IMG/VR virus record: IMGVR_UViG_3300020196_000003 | Source of the DNA: a virus | Reading direction: 5' to 3' (one strand) | DNA length: 64,000 bases | Shown here: piece after piece, positions 1 through 8,989 of the stretch | Numbering within the stretch: position 1 is the stretch's first letter | How the letters are laid out: every line of letters begins with the position of its first letter | Position numbers and translations under genes: made by a program | Notes under the pieces: model-generated | Databases searched by the model: none | Told to the model about the DNA's origin: nothing | The model's input: only the letters and a program-made list of their open reading frames with translations

Positions 1-889
1 CAGCTTGTCTTGGGTCGTCAGGTAAACCATGTGTACCAAACACCTCATAAACTCCTTTAACTAATTCGTGAACTAATAATGGGAAAGTTACGGCTCTTGC
101 CTTGACTGTTGGTGGATCTGTTTCTGCATCAAACTCTGATTGACCCATTTGACCACTACCGCTTCCAGCCATTCCTTCCATGTCAGGAAATATCCAATAA
201 GCATGTTCCATAAGTGCTTGTGTAACGGCGTATAGGTTCATTAATTGGGGATTCATATTATTAATCTCATCTCTCACCAAATTATACATGTGCCCTCCTT
301 TGAAAGCGGCCCCTTGAATAAGTGAGTTAATGAATCTTCGTTTTGCTCTCTCCAAATTAAAGTTTTCCATATCTCCCATTAATTCTTGAACCTCTTCTTC
401 ACTTGGCATTTCAGGTTCACTTTTCATTCCTTCAGCAGCACTCATAGGTTGTGTTACAAGTTCAGCGTCAAACTGCATTGCTCCTTCAGGTATTCCTAAC
501 TCTCTAACCACTAATTCAACTGCTAAATCTTCAAGTTCTTCTTTATTTTGAGACTGAATCATCATTAGTCTTTGCATGGCCTGACCTACCGTCATCATAA
601 GTTGCATAAGAGCGTTTCCACCTTGAATGGTTCTTGTGTCTCCCATCGCCATTCTTACTTTCTCAACTGAGTCTTTGAATCTTTTCGAAGATATTAACTC
701 AACAAAGTCTCTGTCCATATTTGGCATTGCTGGAAAATTTGAGTATGGTGTTTGTTTTCCTAAGATTTTTCTTTCAACGTCACCAGCCATTCTTTCAGGT
801 CCTTCGTAGTCAATTGGTGCTTCCATCAATTTGATGAACTCTTTTTTTGAAATTCCTTCCGTATATAATCTTTTTTTAATATTTCCCAT
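1..889 (-). CDS. hypothetical protein, 3'-truncated by window edge
   Basis: Not in ORF track. Manual translation from ATG at 889 (MGNIKKRLYTEGISKKEFIKLMEAPIDYEGPERM...PLLVHELVKGVYEVFGTHGLPDDPRQA) stays open to position 1. Confidence 0.85.
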   Translation of the reverse strand, partial: MGNIKKRLYTEGISKKEFIKLMEAPIDYEGPERMAGDVERKILGKQTPYSNFPAMPNMDRDFVELISSKRFKDSVEKVRMAMGDTRTIQGGNALMQLMMTVGQAMQRLMMIQSQNKEELEDLAVELVVRELGIPEGAMQFDAELVTQPMSAAEGMKSEPEMPSEEEVQELMGDMENFNLERAKRRFINSLIQGAAFKGGHMYNLVRDEINNMNPQLMNLYAVTQALMEHAYWIFPDMEGMAGSGSGQMGQSEFDAETDPPTVKARAVTFPLLVHELVKGVYEVFGTHGLPDDPRQA

Positions 890-890
890 C

Positions 891-1310
891 TTATTTAAAT
901 TCTATTCCAAGTTCATCGAAGGTTAACCAATCAGGCATATCACCTTCTCTTCCCGCCTTAGGGTCTGGTTTTGGCCCTGGTTTTGGTTTGTAAGGTGTTT
1001 TGGGTTGCTTAGGTTTGGTTCCCGGATCTATTTTAATTCTTTCTTTTTCTTTTGTACCAGGTAACATTACAGGAAGATCCATTTCTTCATCAAGTTCAAT
1101 ATCACCATTTGGTTTTGCCATCCCTTTGAACATTCCATCTAAGTCAAAAGAAGGAACATCTCCACTATAATCATCCATATCTACAAAACCTTCTTCGTAG
1201 TCATCAAGGTGGACTTCCTTAACCTCAGGTTGTTCTGATAAGATACGACCTCTGTTATAGTTTAACAGATACTTCATATCTTTAATTTCCTCAATAATTT
1301 GTTTTTTCAT
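891..1310 (-). CDS. hypothetical protein (acidic plus Pro/Lys-rich), putative head-associated
   Basis: 139 aa ORF; N-terminal IIEEI..MKYL..Y..G.ILSEQ leader; TATTTAT motif at 1325-1331. Confidence 0.75.
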   Translation of the reverse strand: MKKQIIEEIKDMKYLLNYNRGRILSEQPEVKEVHLDDYEEGFVDMDDYSGDVPSFDLDGMFKGMAKPNGDIELDEEMDLPVMLPGTKEKERIKIDPGTKPKQPKTPYKPKPGPKPDPKAGREGDMPDWLTFDELGIEFK

Positions 1311-1341
1311 ATCGGTTTTATTTTATAAATATCAAGTTTTT

Positions 1342-1626
1342 TTATTCAGGCACCATATAGTACTGATATCCTAAAGAATAATATAAGAATTGTCCTTTAT
1401 TCTTCAATACAGAATTAATATCGGCTTGTTTTGTAACCTTAACTCCAACAATCTTTTTGTCCTTTGGTATTTTTCTACCAGGGTGTGTATTCAATACATC
1501 CTCAACAGGATCCAAATAGTATTTGAGTTTTTTAATTAGGGTTTTCTTATCACCTACGGTTCCAATTCCGTATTGTTTACAAAGTGATTTGATTTCGGGT
1601 AATTCAAGTTTAGTTAAGTCTTCCAT
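1342..1626 (-). CDS. SAP-like DNA-binding domain protein
   Basis: N-terminus DLTKLELPEIKSLCKQYGIGTVGDKKTLIKKL fits the SAP helix-extended-helix pattern. Confidence 0.6.
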   Translation of the reverse strand: MEDLTKLELPEIKSLCKQYGIGTVGDKKTLIKKLKYYLDPVEDVLNTHPGRKIPKDKKIVGVKVTKQADINSVLKNKGQFLYYSLGYQYYMVPE

Positions 1627-1630
1627 TCTA

Positions 1631-1662
1631 CAAAGATAAGGAATTAAACTTCAATTTCCAAA
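1631..1662 (-). promoter_or_regulatory. Bacteroidota-type -33/-7 promoter
   Basis: Minus strand reads TTTG-N20-TATCTTTG-TAGA-ATG. Confidence 0.7.
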
Positions 1663-1905
1663 TGAACTGTTTTTGAAGTAGTTTAGATATTTAGCGGAAT
1701 GTTGATCCCAAACAGGTTTTTTACCTCTTTCTTTGTCAGTGTAACCTTGATCATATGAATGATTGACTATTTGTTTTTCTAAGGGTTTAATTTCCTTTTG
1801 AAGGTTCTCTAAAACTAAACGTGTTTCTTCTGAAAGTCCCTCAACTTTCAAATACTGATCTATTTTTTTTACAATTGGTCCCATGTTGTTAAATATATCA
1901 ATCAA
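1651..1905 (-). CDS. hypothetical protein
   Basis: 84 aa ORF co-oriented with neighbours. Confidence 0.65.
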   Translation of the reverse strand: MIDIFNNMGPIVKKIDQYLKVEGLSEETRLVLENLQKEIKPLEKQIVNHSYDQGYTDKERGKKPVWDQHSAKYLNYFKNSSFGN

Positions 1906-2497
1906 AGTTTTCTAAATCAACTTCCACATCAATAGGAATACCGTATTTTTCTAATAATTTGTAGAAAAACTCATAACATTGGTTATTTAGTCCGCCAAAA
2001 AAATCTCCCGTTTCATATGCTTCTTGAGCTTCGTACAGTGCATCCCAAAGATTACCTTTCACTAAACTTTGTTCCTCAGTCTCAGGATCAAGAAAATAAT
2101 AACTTACTGTTCCATTACCATCAATATCTATCGATAGATCGACAATATCATATTTATAACCTTTTACTTCTTCGATATTAGTGACTTTAATTTCAGTATC
2201 TAAGTCTAATTCAGGAACAACAAGTCTAAAAGTTTTATCTAAGACTTCTTCTTTAAGTTTTTTATATAAATTATTAAATCCACCATTATATCTATACCAA
2301 ATTGGTCTAATTGTTTGAAAGTCTTCAGTTGTATTCTTTTCAATTCCAGAAATATCATAGATAATATCATCAAGATGAGGTTCTTCACCCATCTTTTTTT
2401 GTTTGTCCCAAACTTTATAACAAAATTTACGAAGATTTTCTTCGGTAATATTTTCCATTATTAAATTTTGTTGTCGTTCTGTTATTATTATTTTCAT
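1898..2497 (-). CDS. hypothetical protein with MKIIITE.Q leader
   Basis: 199 aa ORF; leader shared with the gene starting at 2904. Confidence 0.8.
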   Translation of the reverse strand: MKIIITERQQNLIMENITEENLRKFCYKVWDKQKKMGEEPHLDDIIYDISGIEKNTTEDFQTIRPIWYRYNGGFNNLYKKLKEEVLDKTFRLVVPELDLDTEIKVTNIEEVKGYKYDIVDLSIDIDGNGTVSYYFLDPETEEQSLVKGNLWDALYEAQEAYETGDFFGGLNNQCYEFFYKLLEKYGIPIDVEVDLENFD

Positions 2498-2520
2498 TAT
2501 CCAAAGAAGGGTTAAAAGAT

Positions 2521-2904
2521 TTATGGAATATTAAATATGTTTGCTCCATTAACCTCTTTTATTTCTACATCAGGAAATAATACTTTGAAGTAGTCGTATA
2601 TTAAGTGTTTGATGTGTCTTGACCTAATATGACTTGGAATAATTCCCTCCATCTCATCTTCTAGTGAATAATTATAATATAATGTTTTAGATCCCATCAT
2701 ATAAGTAAATAAACTTTAACCATTCTCATTTTTTAATCGTATAGCTGAATACCCTTGATGTGATGAGTCAACATCTTGTTTCAACATTTTAATAAACAAC
2801 TTTTTATACTTTGGGTATTCATCACTATACTCAGCGTCCCAACGATCTCTTCTATAGTTTTCGTTGATTAAATTTAACTGACCTTCCGTGATAATGATTC
2901 TCAT
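2521..2904 (-). pseudogene. MRIIITE-leader gene interrupted by an in-frame TAA
   Basis: From ATG 2904 the frame hits TAA at 2716-2718, then stays open (SLFTYMMGSKTLYYNYSLEDEMEG...NIFNIP) to TAA at 2521-2523. Confidence 0.65.
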
Positions 2905-2921
2905 AATAATAAATACCTTGT

Positions 2922-2951
2922 AAAATAAAAAACCCACCATAGAGGTGGGTT
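2922..2951 (-). terminator. rho-independent terminator
   Basis: AACCCACC-ataga-GGTGGGTT 8-bp stem with a U-rich tract on the minus strand, after the LRR gene. Confidence 0.75.
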
Positions 2952-2970
2952 ATATTTGATGTTTGTTTTC

Positions 2971-4350
2971 TTATGTAAACAAGTTGAAGTCTTCATCCTC
3001 CTCAGCTCTTCTTAGAACTGAATCAGGTATAATATTCTTACCTTCAGATCCTGGTATGTTTAACACCATTAGATTTGGCATGTCTCCAACACACTCAGGT
3101 AATCTTTGAAGGTTTTTATTATCAACCAAAGATAGGTATTGTAAATTAGGTAACTCACAAATTGATTCAGGTAAAGACACAATACAATTAACGAAGTTAA
3201 GTGCTTGTAATTGTTTAAATCTACTAACATCACTAGGAATATTTAATTCAATATTATCACCTGATCTTGATGAGTTCTTGAATGTGAATCTTTTTAGGTT
3301 TTCGGGTAATGTCGCAAATAACTCATCAAACCCATAAAGAGCGACAAATTTAGATGCTGAGTCACCAGGGTAGTCAATAACCACTTTATCACCTTTTTCA
3401 CCCGCCAATGACTTCATGAACTCAGGTTTGAAGAATTGTTTAAGTTCTTCTTCATTTGTGTTAAGGAATTCCACAAGATTGATTTGTCTATCTGATGGGT
3501 CCATGTATTGGTTAGAAGGGAAGTGGAATTGATAACGAAGGGCTGGAAGACCTGATACATCACCATGTTCTTTTTCTCCTCTATGTTTCTGACCTTTATT
3601 TGGAATAACAACATATAAAGGACCATCTTTGATATAACGCTCAAACCAACTTAAACCAGGTGAAGATGTGCACCATCTTGTTTCACCTTTACTTTCTTCT
3701 TGATATGAACCTCCGTAGAAACATGCAGCATTTTTACCAAGTTTACCAGTGTCTGATATTTTAGCAACAGTCCAATCTTGACCACGATAAACAATTTCAG
3801 CACCAGGGTGAGCATATGTTTTAGACGCCTCTTTTTTTTCAGTTGCAGAAGCTTTGGTTTTTTCTAAACTGAAATCTTTAACATTATCATATAAAGTATC
3901 AGGAGTCAATTTATTGATGTCTCTAAACTCTTGAGGTAATCTATTTTTGAATCTTTCAAACTTTTTAAGGTCACCAGTAACCTTATATAAGTCTTCCATG
4001 AAAAGATCTTGGAATTGTTTAAGGGCCGCCTTGTATTGACCTGATTGAGGATCCACAATGTTTAATGGATGGTCACCTGGTAACTTAGGTGTTACAAAGT
4101 TTTTTAACAACCACTGAGTATATTTTCCGATTTTCACTCGGTCCATATCTTGTGGTTTTATATTGTCTATATCCATACCTTCAGGAAAGCTTGAAGTTGG
4201 GTCGGCTGCGATAAAAGCAATCAAAGTTTCAAACGGCATGATACCCTTTTTTCCCTTTTCTTTTGGTTTTACGAACTTATCAAAAAGGACTTGAAATCTT
4301 GAACTTTCAACAATAAGATCTCTAAGAAGATTGGTGAATCTAAGTGACAT
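2971..4350 (-). CDS. leucine-rich-repeat protein (C-terminal LRRs; N-terminal WCT-motif domain)
   Basis: LPESICELPNLQYLSLVDNKNLQRLPECVGDMPNLMVLNI repeats; TRWCT, GPLYVVIP and RYQFHF motifs. Confidence 0.8.
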   Translation of the reverse strand: MSLRFTNLLRDLIVESSRFQVLFDKFVKPKEKGKKGIMPFETLIAFIAADPTSSFPEGMDIDNIKPQDMDRVKIGKYTQWLLKNFVTPKLPGDHPLNIVDPQSGQYKAALKQFQDLFMEDLYKVTGDLKKFERFKNRLPQEFRDINKLTPDTLYDNVKDFSLEKTKASATEKKEASKTYAHPGAEIVYRGQDWTVAKISDTGKLGKNAACFYGGSYQEESKGETRWCTSSPGLSWFERYIKDGPLYVVIPNKGQKHRGEKEHGDVSGLPALRYQFHFPSNQYMDPSDRQINLVEFLNTNEEELKQFFKPEFMKSLAGEKGDKVVIDYPGDSASKFVALYGFDELFATLPENLKRFTFKNSSRSGDNIELNIPSDVSRFKQLQALNFVNCIVSLPESICELPNLQYLSLVDNKNLQRLPECVGDMPNLMVLNIPGSEGKNIIPDSVLRRAEEDEDFNLFT

Positions 4351-4392
4351 ATTAATTTTATTTTTAAATAAATATTTGTAATTATAAAAAAA

Positions 4393-5244
4393 TTAGTAAT
4401 TCATGATAAGTAATTCTTCTCCCATGTTTTGTTTTTCACCTTTTTTTGCTGAAGCGGCCTTTGTAAACTTTTTTGTAACCCAAGTGTATTGATCTTTAGG
4501 AAACCATTCGTGAAGTAATTCAAAGTCATAATAAGACAATGAAAACTTACCTTGAACTCCGTGTAGTACATTTGCCAACCTTTCGTGATCTTGTGTTTCA
4601 AAGTTGTGATTGGAGTAATAAGATCCTTCACCAACGATATAATACGGTGGATCAACGTAAAAATATGTTGTAGGTGAGTCATATTTTGTGATTACATCTT
4701 CAAAATCCATGTTTTCAACAAAAGTAATAGATTCAAACATCTTTTGCCACTTTTCGTTTTTTAATTTATTCATGAATGAAGTGAACTTTGAGTGGTATTT
4801 ACCTTTTAAATCTATAAATTTTGATTTTGATGGATTAGCGCCAGAAAAAACTTGTGTTAATACATATATGTATTTTGCGGCAACTTCATAATCATAAGCT
4901 TCAGGAGTGAAATTTTCTTTGAATATTTGAGCTTGGAAGTTGATAAATTGTTCTTTACAAATTGGATCGGTAGAGTGTTCGTCTTTTTTTTGAACCACTA
5001 ATTTCTCACACTCTTGTAGAAGTCGTTTATGATTTTTCAAACACTGATACATGTTGTAGTTTAATTTATTAAAATCGTTGTAAACAACGGTTTTTAGATT
5101 TGGATAGTCTATTAAATTCATTTTAAAGAATGTCCAGAATTGACCACTAAATGGCTCAACATATGTTTCAATATCTTTTGGTATATTGGGGATTATTAAT
5201 TGTGGGGCAATTTTTGATTTACCACCAATATATGATACACACAT
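4393..5244 (-). CDS. D12-class (Dam-like) N6-adenine DNA methyltransferase
   Basis: YIGGKS, VEPFSG (motif I), VYND, FYVDPPY (motif IV), ELLIMNY. Confidence 0.9.
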   Translation of the reverse strand: MCVSYIGGKSKIAPQLIIPNIPKDIETYVEPFSGQFWTFFKMNLIDYPNLKTVVYNDFNKLNYNMYQCLKNHKRLLQECEKLVVQKKDEHSTDPICKEQFINFQAQIFKENFTPEAYDYEVAAKYIYVLTQVFSGANPSKSKFIDLKGKYHSKFTSFMNKLKNEKWQKMFESITFVENMDFEDVITKYDSPTTYFYVDPPYYIVGEGSYYSNHNFETQDHERLANVLHGVQGKFSLSYYDFELLHEWFPKDQYTWVTKKFTKAASAKKGEKQNMGEELLIMNY

Positions 5245-5247
5245 GAC

Positions 5248-5445
5248 CTATTTTTTAATAATTTTATTTGGTTTAGCTAAATTTTATTTATCCTATGAAG
5301 GTTGAAAATTATCTAACTAATTAATAATAGATATTTTTTCTGACTTATCAAACTTTGAAATTGGTTTTACATGGTAAATATGCTACTAACCCCAATTATT
5401 CCAAAACATCCCATCTGTAAATTATTTTTTAATGTTTATTTTCAA
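5248..5445 (-). pseudogene. decayed HNH endonuclease (C-terminal remnant)
   Basis: Single frame reads LKINIKK*FTDGMFWNNWG**HIYHVKPISKFDKSEKISIIN*LDNFQPS*DK*NLAKPNK, resembling the HNH consensus QFTDGM.W.NYGEWHIDH.KP...NLQPLW..ENL.K.NK. Confidence 0.75.
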
Positions 5446-5469
5446 CGTTGCAATATTTAAATTATAGTT

Positions 5470-5640
5470 ATGGAAGATAAAAAAGCAACAGAAGTAAAAT
5501 GCCACACCTGTGACAAAAGTAAGCAAGTCAAAAATACACAAATCTTGGTTTTAGTTTTTGGTGGTATTTTCTTTTTTTTCGGTGTATACGGAATTGTGTC
5601 TTTTGTTCACGATATTATTTCACTTTTTCAATCCCTTTGA
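5470..5640 (+). CDS. small CxxC plus single-TM membrane protein
   Basis: Manual translation, 56 aa (below track cutoff): [56 protein letters not shown]. Confidence 0.7.
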   Translation: MEDKKATEVKCHTCDKSKQVKNTQILVLVFGGIFFFFGVYGIVSFVHDIISLFQSL

Positions 5641-6545
5641 TATTTTAAGTATTGATTTACAATCAAATCACCAACAGTTTCTAATCTAAATCCTTTTGAC
5701 TTAACTCTCAAAGGTGTGGAAGTATCTATATTTTTAGGTAATTTAATATTCAACTCACCATCAGGATGAGGAACAGAAATATAACCATTTTGTAAATCGT
5801 GTAAATTAAAGTAAGCATTATAAACCAAATGATTAGCCAATTTATTAAAATTATTCTGTGGTTTGAGTTCAATTCTTATGACTAAATCACCGTAAGACCC
5901 ATTTTTAAAATCCCCAACGTTCTTAAGCCTGAGGAACTGACCATTATCCACTCCATGAGGTAATGATACGTCTAAATTTTTTATTTCACGTTTCGAACCA
6001 ATACCATTACAAAGAAAACAAGGTGTTATAAGTTTATTTCCATGACCACCACAATTTTCACACGTTGTCTGTATTACCTGTATAAAAAATCCAGACCCTA
6101 CTTTTCTAATCACAACACCCGACCCATTACAAACATTACAAAGTTTTCTTTCCCCCCCTGTTCCGTTACAAGGTTCACACATAATTGATCTTCTGTAAGA
6201 AAGAGTGTGTCTATTACCCATATAGGAGTCTAGAACCCCGACATTTACAGTAATGTTAGTTGTATGGACAGATTGATTCGGTTTTCTTATATTAAACAAG
6301 TCAGAAAAAAGATCTTCAGAATTGTCCAAATTTACAAACGGATTTTTTCTTTTCAAGTCATAATCTTTTCTTTTATTTTCATCACTCAAAATATCATATG
6401 CGACCGATATTTTTTTAAACTTATCTTCATTTCCTCCTTTATCGGGATGATTTTTTTTTGCCAATTTTCTATAAGCAACCTTTATTTCATCTTGTGTTGC
6501 ATTTTCCTGTACTTCAAGTACTTCGTAATAGTTTTCAATATTCAT
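5628..6545 (-). CDS. dnaJ: DnaJ chaperone (J domain, zinc finger, C-terminal domain)
   Basis: HPD motif; four CxxCxGxG repeats; C-terminal GDL motifs. Confidence 0.95.
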   Translation of the reverse strand: MNIENYYEVLEVQENATQDEIKVAYRKLAKKNHPDKGGNEDKFKKISVAYDILSDENKRKDYDLKRKNPFVNLDNSEDLFSDLFNIRKPNQSVHTTNITVNVGVLDSYMGNRHTLSYRRSIMCEPCNGTGGERKLCNVCNGSGVVIRKVGSGFFIQVIQTTCENCGGHGNKLITPCFLCNGIGSKREIKNLDVSLPHGVDNGQFLRLKNVGDFKNGSYGDLVIRIELKPQNNFNKLANHLVYNAYFNLHDLQNGYISVPHPDGELNIKLPKNIDTSTPLRVKSKGFRLETVGDLIVNQYLKYQRD

Positions 6546-6575
6546 TTATTTTTTTGAAATGTTATTATTTGTTTT

Positions 6576-7214
6576 ATGAATTATTTAGTTGTTTTATTCA
6601 AAAATAAAAAAAGAAAAAAAATAATCAACAAGTTTATAACGAGAGAAAAAGCAGAAAAATTTTTTGATAGTCTTATCAAAAAAAACTCAACTGTTCAATT
6701 TGAAGTCCAAGTCGAGAATGCTAATGTTATAAACTATGAATTATGTTTACTGCAAAAAAGAGATGACAACTTCGAAAAAATTTTTATCAAAGATAGTTTA
6801 GGGAGACAAAAACTTGTTGAAACTGATGATCCAAATTACAAAATAATCAGAGTTGAAAGATACAAAATTTCCGAAAAAATATTTGATATTGAAAAAAAAA
6901 CAAAAATAACTTTGGAGGAATTTATAGAAAATTATCTTTCTAATTTTGATTTGAAACTTTTATCTATACTTAACAACAAAGTTGTGTTACAAAATAATGA
7001 TGTTATAAAATTATTTTCTCTAAAAAATGAACACGAGTCCAAGAGATTTTTGGAAATTCTTAATCATTTAATGATGAGAAGTCAAAGATCGGATTGTATA
7101 ATAGTTTCTGATTCATCAAAAAGTCAAAAAAAATACCTGTATAATATTTTAGATAATCAGGGGTTTCGTAAGCAGTGTTTGTATAGAAAATCAACTACTT
7201 TTAAACATAGATAA
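6576..7214 (+). CDS. hypothetical protein
   Basis: 212 aa ORF, divergent from dnaJ. Confidence 0.8.
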   Translation: MNYLVVLFKNKKRKKIINKFITREKAEKFFDSLIKKNSTVQFEVQVENANVINYELCLLQKRDDNFEKIFIKDSLGRQKLVETDDPNYKIIRVERYKISEKIFDIEKKTKITLEEFIENYLSNFDLKLLSILNNKVVLQNNDVIKLFSLKNEHESKRFLEILNHLMMRSQRSDCIIVSDSSKSQKKYLYNILDNQGFRKQCLYRKSTTFKHR

Positions 7215-7499
7215 TATTTTTTTTAAAAAACTTTTTTTGAATGATATTTCTATTGGTTTCTGTTCTGTTTGTTCGGAAACGTCTTCTATAAAAACATGTT
7301 CTATTTCAGATATATTTATCGAAAATCTTTTGTGTACGTGATCTATTTTTCTGAAGTTTTCTTGAACACTTTTAAAATCAGTTTCATTTAATTGATACAC
7401 ACATATAACTTTACCTTCGGGAAAGGTATTTTGTATTGCATCTGTAACAAGAGCCAACTTTTCTATAATCCCAAAATCACTTTTTTGATTTTTTTCCAT
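7191..7499 (-). CDS. hypothetical protein
   Basis: 102 aa ORF in a run of overlapping minus-strand genes. Confidence 0.7.
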   Translation of the reverse strand: MEKNQKSDFGIIEKLALVTDAIQNTFPEGKVICVYQLNETDFKSVQENFRKIDHVHKRFSINISEIEHVFIEDVSEQTEQKPIEISFKKSFLKKILSMFKSS

Positions 7500-7690
7500 A
7501 AAGTCAATTTTTCGGTTTTTGGTAAAAGATCTTGTTTTTCAAATGTTTTTATTTCATGAATTAACTTTAATTTTTTACTATCCAATTCTTTTTGATCCTT
7601 TTCAAGTTCACTTTTCAACCAAGTTAGAGTTTGTTCCTCTCGTGTCAACAATTTCTTCTCCATCATACAATTTTTCTTCTGTGATATCAA
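7463..7690 (-). CDS. small coiled-coil hypothetical protein (true start probably near 7663)
   Basis: ORF fills the gap between neighbours and overlaps both. Confidence 0.55.
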   Translation of the reverse strand: MISQKKNCMMEKKLLTREEQTLTWLKSELEKDQKELDSKKLKLIHEIKTFEKQDLLPKTEKLTLWKKIKKVILGL

Positions 7691-8036
7691 ATTTTAATGA
7701 TTGTAAATTATCAAAATTTTGTTTTTCAAAAATTTTCTTTAATTCATCAATTTTTTGTTTTAACAACCTTTCTTTCATTTCTATTTCACGATTATAAGAA
7801 ATAATATTTTTAATACTATTAATAGTTTCATTCATGAACTTATCGTCAAACTCACAAACGAAAGAAAAAAATCTGTATCCTTCTTTTAATTTTTCATTTT
7901 CAATTATTTTATCTTCAATGACGTATTTTTTTGGTATTTTCCAAGTATCGGGAAATTCAATATCAATTGCTAAGTATGTCTTTAATTTTCTGACCGATAC
8001 TAAAAAAGTAAAAATTTCTTTTAATTGATTGTACAT
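7608..8036 (-). CDS. hypothetical protein
   Basis: 142 aa ORF. Confidence 0.75.
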   Translation of the reverse strand: MYNQLKEIFTFLVSVRKLKTYLAIDIEFPDTWKIPKKYVIEDKIIENEKLKEGYRFFSFVCEFDDKFMNETINSIKNIISYNREIEMKERLLKQKIDELKKIFEKQNFDNLQSLKFDITEEKLYDGEEIVDTRGTNSNLVEK

Positions 8037-8042
8037 GTTATT

Positions 8043-8237
8043 TTATAAAAATTTTGTTAAAATATAGGTTATTAAATAAGAAATAAAAAAGTAATTGGAT
8101 ATTTTGTCAAATTGATCATAAATTATTTTATTGGGATTTTCATTCGATATTTCTCTTATTATTATCGTTAATCTATTCAAAATAAAGACGATAGACAAAA
8201 CAAAAATAAACAAAGTTAAAATATCAAATATTTCCAT
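8043..8237 (-). CDS. small two-TM membrane protein
   Basis: 64 aa with two hydrophobic segments. Confidence 0.65.
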   Translation of the reverse strand: MEIFDILTLFIFVLSIVFILNRLTIIIREISNENPNKIIYDQFDKISNYFFISYLITYILTKFL

Positions 8238-8238
8238 A

Positions 8239-8409
8239 TTATTTTTTCTTTTCTTCTAAAATTTGACCCCTCAATTGTTGTAAAAGTGATTTTAAATCCT
8301 GTGAGGTTTTTCTTGCTCTTGTTCCAGCACTTTTGTTTCCGCTGAAAAATTTGTTAACATCAACACTTAGTTGTTCAGTTAGTTCTTTAATTTTTTCTAA
8401 AGTTTCCAT
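8239..8409 (-). CDS. histone H1-like (Hc1 family) DNA-binding protein
   Basis: Missed by track (56 aa): METLEKIKELTEQLSVDVNKFFSGNKSAGTRARKTSQDLKSLLQQLRGQILEEKKK; GNKSAGTRARK is the Hc1-like signature. Confidence 0.85.
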   Translation of the reverse strand: METLEKIKELTEQLSVDVNKFFSGNKSAGTRARKTSQDLKSLLQQLRGQILEEKKK

Positions 8410-8474
8410 TTTAAAAATAAAAAATTATTGTTTATTAAAATAAATAATAAAAATAATGAGTGTTAATGTAAAGG

Positions 8475-8942
8475 TTACTTTTTGAGATTTTTATCAAGTG
8501 ATTTATAAATGTTTGATATCAAATCTAAATCTACTTGTGTGAAAGGTTTTTCACGGTTGAACAGATCATTAAAAAAAATATCAATAGAATTTCTCAACTC
8601 ATCTCTATCCTGTTTGTAGTATATTTCATTGAAGAGTGCGTAAAAGTATTCACAATGTTCACCTTTTATTTCAAATGAAATGTTTTCTTTTTCAAAGTTA
8701 TCGATAACTTGTTTCCAACACCACTCGAAATGTTTTTTATTATCTTCTTCATTCATTTTGATGGTAGTTTCATTCGATTCATAACCTTCACCTAAATATG
8801 TTGATTTGATCATGACAAACAAACTGTAAGATAAATCATAATAAAGATCCATCTTTTCTGGTATAATGTTATTAATTCTAAACCAAACATCTACATGTTC
8901 GGGATCAACATTTTTAGTAATGTAATTGTAAAAATTATCCAT
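8475..8942 (-). CDS. hypothetical protein
   Basis: 155 aa ORF; TTTACA-N16-TATAAT upstream. Confidence 0.8.
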   Translation of the reverse strand: MDNFYNYITKNVDPEHVDVWFRINNIIPEKMDLYYDLSYSLFVMIKSTYLGEGYESNETTIKMNEEDNKKHFEWCWKQVIDNFEKENISFEIKGEHCEYFYALFNEIYYKQDRDELRNSIDIFFNDLFNREKPFTQVDLDLISNIYKSLDKNLKK

Positions 8943-8989
8943 AGTTTCAAACTACGAAAATATTATAATTGAAAATTTTTTAATGTAAA

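Noticed and set aside
40-90. HExxH metalloprotease motif in the first ORF
   Set aside because: The sequence is HELVK, with no second His.
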